Below the pieces are notes generated by a model, which saw nothing but the letters and a program-made list of their open reading frames with translations, did no database searches and was not told the origin of the DNA. The position numbers were made by a program, and so were the translations under genes. From positions 1 through 64,000 of the forward strand of contig NIVC01001021.1 in assembly GCA_002269645.1 (NCBI GenBank): DNA of 64,000 bases, in the 5' to 3' direction. This document shows positions 39,483 through 64,000 of this stretch, one piece after another. This stretch comes from Macrostomum lignano. Its lineage: Eukaryota. Positions within the stretch are counted from its first letter, which is position 1. Each line of letters starts with the position of its first letter.

Positions 39483-42018
39483 GAATATTTTTTATTTAGG
39501 AAGAATGTCTGTTGGCTCATTCCATATAAGCACGGTCGTAACATGACAGGCTACTTTTACTTATAAAATGAAATCTAATAATAGAATATAATAAACCAAT
39601 ATTTTAAATGAAAGATTATTTTGTCTAGAATATATTTATAGAGTTTCATATAAATGTCATCATTAGTATAGACTATGCTAATAAACCTTAAATGACACTT
39701 ATGGTCATAACGACAGGATTTTTGACATATAAAAACTAAAAGGTAAAAGTCATAACATTTTTCATTTTTTATATTTTGCAATACATTTTTAAAATTTGAC
39801 TAAGAACATCTTTAGAAATCATACTCTTTTATTAGAATATATAAACTCAAAGGCAACAAAGATACAAAAGAAAAGGCAGCCTTATGGTCCTAACATTATG
39901 GTCGTAACATATTTTTTCTGTCAATTCAGTAACTTTGAGGTACTAATACATTAAAAATATAATAGATTATTTGGTCACCAATGCTTTTATCTGATGATGC
40001 AAGTACTATACTTTTATCTATAGTTTGTTTTAACCTTCAAAAGCTTTTTATTTGTTTTTAAAAGGTACAAAATCTTTACAAAATTTTTACAAAAATGACT
40101 TTTTGCCATTTGATAACATACTAATCCAACATTTTACCATTCCTTTATATTCTTAGATTGTATATATTGTACATAAAAAACATTTGGTAAAAAATAGGAT
40201 AATAAGGCAATGGCAAGCAAAAATATTGACTTTTTTATTTTCTAAATATGTCCATCTTATATGGAATGAGCCTGTTAGCTTTGTGAAAGCTATATTTTGT
40301 TGTCTGTTTGTTAATTTAAGAAAAAAGAGATTTATAGCAAACATCTTTGTCTGTGACAATTTTACATGAATAAGGTAATTTTTAAAATTAAAGAAAGAAT
40401 TGGTTCTTAAGAATATGTGCTTTTTAATTGTTTTCCATGAACTATTTTTGCTCCTTGCTTATTGGGCACCCCGAAGGGGGCCACACTAGTAATTCCTAAC
40501 CCTATTCATTAGCCCGTTATAGCTTATCTAAATTTTTATTTTAGGTATTCATGACATTTTATTCCTATTTAAGTATTTAATGATTCTTTAATTATTGTTT
40601 GAGTTTTTAAAGCTTCTTTTTCTTATTTATGACTTTATATATTCTAATTACTTTTTTCTCTTTAAAAATTCTATACTTGTATCTAATTGGGTTTTCAAGC
40701 TTTTCTTCTACTTAACACTTTTGAAATGACTAATGTTCTAGTCTTAGATCTTGAAAACTTTCATATTTTGATAAGATACCTAATTGGCAAAATTAGTTAA
40801 GTATTGGAACAAATAGAACATAGGTTTTAAAAGGTATATTTTATTTTACTTAGTAGATGTAGGCTTTATTTATATATCTTAGTTGGAAAGAGCCATCAGC
40901 CATTCAAAAAGGCTATTATTAGCTAGTATGCATTTAAACAAATGGTAGATTTAAACAAAAAAAACTTATAACAAAAAACTATAAATTAGTTAATATAATA
41001 TAAAATACACCTTTTAATGGTATATACCTTTAATGGTACCTTTTAATGGTAATCATGGTTTCTTGCTATTATAATAAGGTATTAATAAAAATATAATACT
41101 TTATCTTGTTAAATTAGCTTTATTGCTAGCAATTAGGATTGGCATTTGACAATAAAGCTTTATATTTACTTTTTTTAATGTTAAAAATGTTTACTAATTT
41201 AGTAATAGGAGGAAAAAAAGAAACTAAAGTAAAAAATTGACAATATTGAAAATGGCAAAAAATGGGATTCTTAAAACTTCATGGCCCATGTGCAAAAAAA
41301 TGAAATTTCTAGTTTTTCAATCTATATGCAGACATAAATAAAAAAAATTACTCCAATTGTAAAGTAGCTTAAATGCTATATTTTTTAATGCCATCTTCCA
41401 CGAGGGTAAGATGCTCTTCCAGGAAAGTCTGCACCTCGACCGCCTAGGTAGGACGTAGGAGTAGGACTACGCGTCTCTAAGTATAAAAAACACTCGGCCA
41501 AAAAATTCGTTTCTACTGTGTGTTTTTCAGCATGACATTATAGGCCAAAGAAACTCTTTGAGAAACACTAGAAGCAACTGGCTGGCTTTTTAAGCCATGT
41601 GAGTGTGAGGCACTGTGAGCCTACATATGCAGTTTGACACAATCGATTTACTTTAAATTTTTTAAATAAGTCGTAGTAGTAGTAGTAGTAGTAAATTTGG
41701 CTCAGGCTTAAGGAGCCTGTTTTGCCAGTATAATCCGATGTATTTAGTATTTGTTCAAAAGTCGAAATGGTTTATTTGGAAGTTTTAAATTCGTCCCAAA
41801 AACATCGAAAACACCTACTATAACGATATTAAAAGTTTTTTAATGCAGAAAAACATTAGAACTAAATTAAACAATTTTTTGGTTGTAGAAAAAGTTTTCA
41901 CTTAAAATCTATCTATTTCTTCAAATGGCAGAAAGTATATTTTAAAAACTATATTTTCTAAGAACGCTTATTTTCCTGCTGCACGTATAACCCAAGTCCT
42001 GAGTCCTAAGTATACTTC

Positions 42019-42273
42019 CACGACAATTGCCTGCGCGACAACTGCCTGCACGACAACTGCCTGCGACGACTGTGGAGTGTGGAGACAAACGTATGCTAGC
42101 TGAGCTTGTTTAATAACTCAGAGCGTATTATCATAGTTATTATCAGTAATTAGAAGAAAAACTAAAATATCAAACAGCGAAAAAACAGGTTTTTGTGTAA
42201 TGAATTCAAAGTATGTTATAACTTGAACAAAAGCAGTTGTTGCGCAGGCAGTTGTGTGCAGGCAATTGTAGTG
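42019..42273. mobile_element. MITE-like inverted repeat pair built from ACAACTGCCTGC subrepeats
   Basis: CACGACAATTGCCTGCGCGACAACTGCCTGCA (42019) versus GCAGGCAGTTGTGTGCAGGCAATTGTAGTG (ending 42273); TSD not resolved. Confidence 0.6.
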
Positions 42274-42808
42274 CTACCATCAAATATTTCCTATCTATTT
42301 CTATAGTTTTGAATGTTAAAGCATTAGAAAATTTAAAAAATCGACACTTACTTAGTCTTAAGAATATTGTAAGAGGTCAAAAAGCTTATAATAACTTAGT
42401 AATTATCCTATTTAGTAATTATAGTTGCTAAGAACTTTGGTTTTGCTATAATTTCATTTGGAATGTTATGCATAGAAACTGGTAAAAAATATATATATAG
42501 AAACTGTTATGCATAGAAACTGGCTCTTAATATTTTTTCAAAATATAGCTATGATTAGCCCTATAGAAATATAATGATTTCGATTTAGAAAAAAACCCTA
42601 GTTTTGCTTCTAACTATGCTTATATGGCTATAGATAGTTGTCTATCTGTCTCTAGACAACTATCCTCTAGAGACATAGTATAGTTGTCCTCTACTATAAC
42701 AAAAGCTAATTTAGTAACAATTTATTTGTGTTAAGGATAACTTAGGACAGGTGAGAAAATATAATGTTTTTATTTAATCAGTTTCTTAATTTTTTGTAGG
42801 GCACAATT

Positions 42809-45574
42809 ATGTATAAACTCTTGTTTCTGAAACTAAAATGCATATATATTTCTCATTACAGTATGTTCAAATATATGCTTATTCCAGTCCAAAGTGCAAT
42901 GAGAATTATTAAAATGATGACAATAGCTAGTGCTAGTGGCACTATTGCATATTCTTCTTGGCTAGCTTTTCGACCACTGACTAATGAAGAGAAGGCTAAT
43001 TGGAATGCGATCTACATGGAGGACTCATCTATTAGGGTATGAGTGATATTTGAACTACATTTTTAATAACTTACTAATTAGATAGCAAGTCATCTAACAC
43101 TCATCATAAAGTAAAAGTTGCTCCCGCCTTTTACCCTTTTTGTACAAAAAGCTTCGAGTTTATCGTCGTCTACCATTAAATGCGCTATCCCGACTGTGGG
43201 GTCGCTGCCAGCATGTCGAGCTGCCTGAATTCGCTCGCCAACCAGCCTACAGCCTGTATGCCCGATTGTTCCATTGCAATTTAACTGAAGTGGCTAACAG
43301 TGACTTGACTGGGTACAGGAATCTGTCAGAATTCTTCAGGCGAGAGCTGCGACCCGATGCAAGACCTGTGGCAGCGAAAGTGGGCCTGGTGGCGCCCGCT
43401 GATGGCTTGGTGCTGCATCTGGGTCGGGCCGAACCTGATGGACGCCTGGAACAAGTCAAGGGTGTCGATTATACACTGCAGGTAGTCAGGGTGCTTGGAT
43501 AGAGTAGATGTAGCTTGCAGATAGATGCTGTGAATTGCAGATAGCTAGATGCAGTAGATTGCTGATAGATAGAGTAGATTGCAGATAGATTCAGTAGATT
43601 GCAGATAGATTCAGTAGATTGCAGATAGATTCAGTAGATTGTAGACAGATTCAGTAGATTGCAGATAGATTCAGTAGGTTGCAGATAGATTCAGTAGGTT
43701 GCAGATAGATTCAGTAGGTTGCAGATAGATTCAGTAGGTTGCAGATAGATTCAGTAGGTTGCAGATAGATTCAGTAGGTTGCAGATGGATTCAGTAGGTT
43801 GCAGATAGATTCAGTAGGTTGCAGATAGATTCAGTAGGTTGCAGATGGATTCAGTAGGTTGCAGATAGATGCTGTGGATTACAGATAGATACAGTAGATT
43901 GCAGATAGATGCTGTGGATTGCAGATAGATACAGTAGATTGCAGATAGATGCTGTGGATTGCAGATAGATACAGTAGATTGCAAATAGATGCTGTGGATT
44001 GCAGATAGATACAGCAGATTGTAGATAGATGCTTTGGATTGCAGATAGATACAGTAGATTGTAGATAGATGCTGTGGATTGCAGATAGATACAGTAGATT
44101 GCAGATAGATGCTGTGGATTGCAGATAGATACAGTAGATTGCAGATAGATGCTGTGGATTGCAGATAGATTCAGTAGGTTGCAGATGGATGCAGTAGATT
44201 GCAGATAGATGCAGTAGATTGCAGATAGATACAGCAGATTGTAGATATATGCTGTGGATTGCAGATAGTCTATGAGATAGATACATTATATTGCGGATAA
44301 ATGCAGTAGATTGTAGATAGATAAAGTAGACTTCATATAAAACACTCGTAAATAGATATAACGTTTATTCTAATTATAAATTTTCGCTTTTTTCGATTGC
44401 TTTAATACACCGAAGTATTAATAATCGCTAAAAATCTGCCCCATGCAGAGCTTTCTCGGTCCGTTGTCCTCCGACAACTCAAACCCGCGCCTACCCGACT
44501 CAGAATATTACTCCCGATTGAAGACTCACTCATCAGGCAGCAGCCTGTACCACTGCGTCATCTATCTTTCGCCCGGCGATTATCATCGATTCCATTCGCC
44601 GACAGATTGGCAGGCGTCAAGACGGCGTCACTATCCCGGCTATTTGATGTCCGTGTCGCCTGGCGTGGCCGGGCTTGTCCGAGGCCTGTTCTGCTTGAAC
44701 GAGCGAGCCGTGTTCACCGGCAGCTGGAGGCACGGATTCTTTGCTTATGCCGCGGTTGGCGCTACCAATGTGGGAAATATTCGAGTCTATGCGGATCAGG
44801 TGAGGGATGGTTAAAACTTGAGCATAAATTTATTTCGAAAGATACTTTCAAAATTTGGCGTATCTCTTCAAAATCCTCAATTAATATGAGGTTTGATTCA
44901 TGCTTAAAGATCTCTGAAGAAGCTTGGAGAGCCTCCCAGATCCTCAGTTGATGGGCCAGCCTCCCAGAGTGTCAGCTGCTGGGCCAGCCTCACAAATCCT
45001 CAGCTGCTGGGCCAGCCTCCCAGATCCTCAGATGCTGGGCCAGCCTCCCAGATCCTCAGTTGCTGGGCCAGCCTCCCAGATCCTCAGATGCTGGGCCAGC
45101 CTCCCAGATTCTCAGTTGCTGGGCCAGCCTCTAAGATCCTCAGTTGCTGGGCCACCAGCCTCCCAGATCCTCAGTTGCTGGGCCACCAGCCTCCCAGATC
45201 CTCAGTTGATGGACCAGCCTCCCAGATCATTAGTTGCTGGGCCAGCCTTCCAGATCCTCTGCAGTTTCTGGTCCCAAATGTTCGTATCAAAAAGCCAACG
45301 ATCTGAAGCAGTTATTCCAACTAAGCTCATAAAGAACTGTCTATGGCCCCAACCGCAGGACCTAGTCACCAATGCAGGCGGTCCGCTGGCTCCCTACCGA
45401 GATTTGGATTTGCAGTCTAAGCAGGGCGGCCTACGGCTTAGTAAAGGTGAACTGTTTGGCGAATTCGATCTGGGCAGCACTATAGTGCTGGTGTTTGAAG
45501 CTCCGGACAATTTCGAGTTTAAAGTGCATCCGGGTCAACGAGTTCGAGTTGGAGAGGCTTTAAGTAACTTGTGA
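42809..45574 (+). CDS. PISD: Phosphatidylserine decarboxylase proenzyme; exons ~42809-43036, 43152-43481, 44449-44799, 45359-45574
   Basis: LSRLWG, YRNLSEFFRR, APADG, EQVKG, YLSPGDYHRFHSP, LFCLNER, VGATNVG and the self-cleavage motif GEFDLGSTIVLVFEAP; all junctions phase 0. The start codon is uncertain. Confidence 0.95.
43505..44290. repeat. Intronic 20 bp minisatellite (GCAGATAGATTCAGTAGGTT and variants)
   Basis: Directly visible in PISD intron 2. Confidence 0.93.
44928..45262. repeat. Intronic ~28 bp minisatellite (CTGGGCCAGCCTCCCAGATCCTCAGTTG)
   Basis: Directly visible in PISD intron 3; it fuses artefactually to the last exon in ORF 44924..45574. Confidence 0.9.
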
Positions 45575-46210
45575 GGCAGCGAGATTAGAGTTGATTGATT
45601 GAAGGCGTTTCTCTTGGACTGGCGACTACCGATATGTAAAGTAGAAAGCTTAGCGCAATTCCTTACGAAGTTTTGTATTCCAGTTTTTTGTATTAATAAA
45701 CATAAATTTATCGTGGCTATGTGAAAATATTAATCCTTCTGTTACTATTTTATCATGTAAAAACCTATTAGCTGTTCCGCTTGTCTATTCTATTTTCTTT
45801 ACTATGTTATGCATATGTCTGTGTCTTTCAAGCATTTTAAAAAAAGCATTAAAATTCAGAAAGATCTTGCAAAGTACACATTGCGGTGCTTTAAAGAAGC
45901 TTTTTCGTGTTCAAAATCGCAGGTTTATTGTGCTCTTGTGCTTATTTTTAAATTGAATATGCAATACGGGACAGAAACATTTACAGATTTGAATTTCATG
46001 CAATCTTAAATACGATTTATAAAGCTTGCGGAGCTTCAGCAGGTGAATCTGTGCTTAATATTCTATTGGCTGAAATATGTCACGTGCTGGGGTGATCAGA
46101 GGCAAAAGCGAAGAAGCAACAGAATCATCCAATGAAATTTCTACAGATAGGTTGGTTCATTCAAGCGTTAATTAGCCCCGTAGCCAATCACAGCCGTCCT
46201 GCAGCCGGCT

Positions 46211-61620
<15,410 letters not shown>

Positions 61621-64000
61621 ATCGAATTCATAGCTGAAATAAAAACATGAATAGATTCTATTTTATGCACAAGATAATCAGAAACTATTATTCTTCTTTC
61701 CATTAGAAAAACTTTACAATCTATCTAATTTTTAAGTACCTGTTTAAAATTGCTGCAGCATATTATTTAACTCTATTGTATTCTATATAATATTATTCCT
61801 TTCTGATAATACGTTTATTTTTGGTTAAAAAATAATAATCTGTTTTTAATTTTTAAAAAAATTTTATTATAGCTTTTACTAAAAGTTTTTATAATGCTAT
61901 AGAAACCGATAGCTTAAACTGCTTTTTTCATAATAAATTTTTAAATTAAGATCACCGCACTTAGCAGTCGAGAATGAATTTGTAAGTTATTAAACAGAAC
62001 TTGTAAGCACTTATTATAGAATGAATTTGCTCAAAAAGTTTTTAATTATTTAAGTGCAAAACATACCGCTCCTAAAATAAGTTTTAATTTAAAATATAAA
62101 GTTCTAATCTGCATCTGATCTTGATTAGGTTGTAGATTTTCAATAATATGTCTGTAGGACTGCAGAATTACTAAAACATAAAAGTCGAGCATCATTGAAT
62201 GTCAACCTTTATATGAAACTAATATCTAAAGAAAATTAACATAAAGCAACAAGGGCTGCGCATAACTGCAGAATAAAACAGCATTATACACAAATATGTC
62301 GGATTTTTGCGTTGATTTTGAGGAAAAATTCTCTAAAATAATTTTTTGGCAAAGAAGTTAAAACGACCATCTAATGCTATGCCGATTGACTATTTTTAAA
62401 GATCTTTACAGAAAATTGTATATAAGTCATTTTTTTGTTGTTAAGAACAAATTTATACTTTGATGCATGAATTTTTTAAACTTTTAATTGTATCGTTTTG
62501 TTATTCTCTTCTGTCTAGAACGCCGGCAGATGTACAGGTTGTGTACAGGTTGTGTCGATTATAAAAATGAAATGAAATTAATTAATTTAATAATTAATTA
62601 ATTAAATGTGAGTGATGAAAGATCACGCCGTGCTGACATTAGCCTATACTTCTTATTAATGATAAAATTATTTCGATAAAAATTTCTGTCTTTGAGCACG
62701 TCTAATAATCGCTTAATTAATGCATGTATATAGGTTATATATATAGTAGGTTAATATGCTATTATTTAGTTAATAGTATTATAGCTAAATTTACATGCTA
62801 CCTCTTGTGCATTTTATTTAAGCTTGCATCTAGATTGCGTGTAGAGTGTACTCTGCAGAAAATCAATGGGCCTATGGTTAGGGTAAATTTTGAAAAAATT
62901 AATTTATGCATACTGATCGACATACATTTATAGTACTTTCTGTGAGTTGAGATCACCGTGGCGTTGTCAAATACATTCTGTATGCGTGAACAATATTTAC
63001 GAGTATTTCGTACACGTTAGCACACTGCAAGCTACACAACAGAACTGTAAATTTAGGTTTAAACATAAATTACAGACGAATCTCAGACATGCAGCGTGTC
63101 AGCTATATAGCGTGTCAGCTATATAGCGTGTGCATTTTCAAGGAGGCTTCCCTCTCTCTGTACTTTTGATAACTTATGCAGCAATACACCCACATCATGT
63201 AATATGCATGGTTAATGTTAAAGTTAGCTTTAATTTATTGATCTGTCTGTTGTACGTATTGTATATATAACATGAACGTCGGATAAATATAATATATATA
63301 TATATATATATGAATTGTCATTTAACATTAAGATACCAATACCAAGCTAGTAGTGTACCATTATTACATGGACAAGTACATGTACACGTAGTAATAATAC
63401 GTAGGTAACACGTAGTTATAGACAATGTAGCTCAATTGCACCCATTGCATTACCTTCAACAAAAAATAATATCTCTTTTAACTAGCCTAGTACGAGTGTA
63501 TTTGACTAGAATTTCTATTGTGCAGCTGTACATGCAGAGGCAGGTCATTGCCGGCCAGCTGCACTGGCTGACAGTAAGTAATGCTGTGCAAGCATGCCAT
63601 GTACGTAACTGTCAATTAAACTTGAATTTACACTATTGTACTTGCTGCTACTGCACTGCAAGAGATGCTGCAAAAGTGTAGGGCTGGGTTAACACAGCCG
63701 TTTTATATAAACAGAAGGTTTGACTCTCCTCAGTATAGCGCAGAAGAATACCTACAACCATCTACAAAAGTAAGTTTTCTTCAATTTAAAATGCTGCAAA
63801 GTTTACAAGCTATGAGTTGGCACACAAAATCAAATCATATCGTTTGCCTCAGCTTATTGGCAATAATTGCATGGCAACCATATTTTATTGCGGCCGAAAG
63901 CAAGTCTGCTTACACCGAAGCACTGCTTGGATTTGTTGATAATGTTCTATTGAGCAGCAACAAAGTGCCTCTAAGCAGCTACAATTCTAACGACTTCTCT

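Noticed and set aside
61700-64000. Coding or RNA genes in the AT-rich end of the window (also 23300-25000 and 38200-42000)
   Set aside because: Only short, low-complexity ORFs; no tRNA/rRNA-like structure recognised

Overview
Eukaryotic (animal) genomic DNA with short exons and introns filled by intron-specific minisatellites. The style suggests a flatworm such as Macrostomum, but this is inference only. The dominant feature is an apparently complete 16.8 kb Polinton/Maverick (adintovirus-like endogenous dsDNA virus) at 3234-20019, bounded by ~312 bp terminal inverted repeats that start AGTAGTAG. It carries the core set: protein-primed DNA polymerase B, RVE integrase with chromodomain, packaging ATPase (one -1 frameshift), adenain-like protease, major and minor capsid proteins, and a basic core-like protein. 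It also carries unusual cargo: a divergent TATA-binding-protein (TBP)-fold gene, a tandem PC4-like gene, a DnaQ-like ORF and a Cys-rich, repeat-rich ORF. Its polymerase appears to be spliced in frame to an upstream repeat-encoding exon. The right end sits ~20 bp into intron 2 of an XPB/ERCC3 gene, the left flank is the 3' end of a Dbx homeobox gene, and there is no target-site duplication. The rest of the window holds host genes DYRK1A (-), PISD (+) and SANBR/KIAA1841 (-), a hAT MITE with a perfect 8 bp TSD, a foldback-like element with a 9 bp TSD, a mariner fragment and many tandem repeats. No rRNA, tRNA or CRISPR array was seen.
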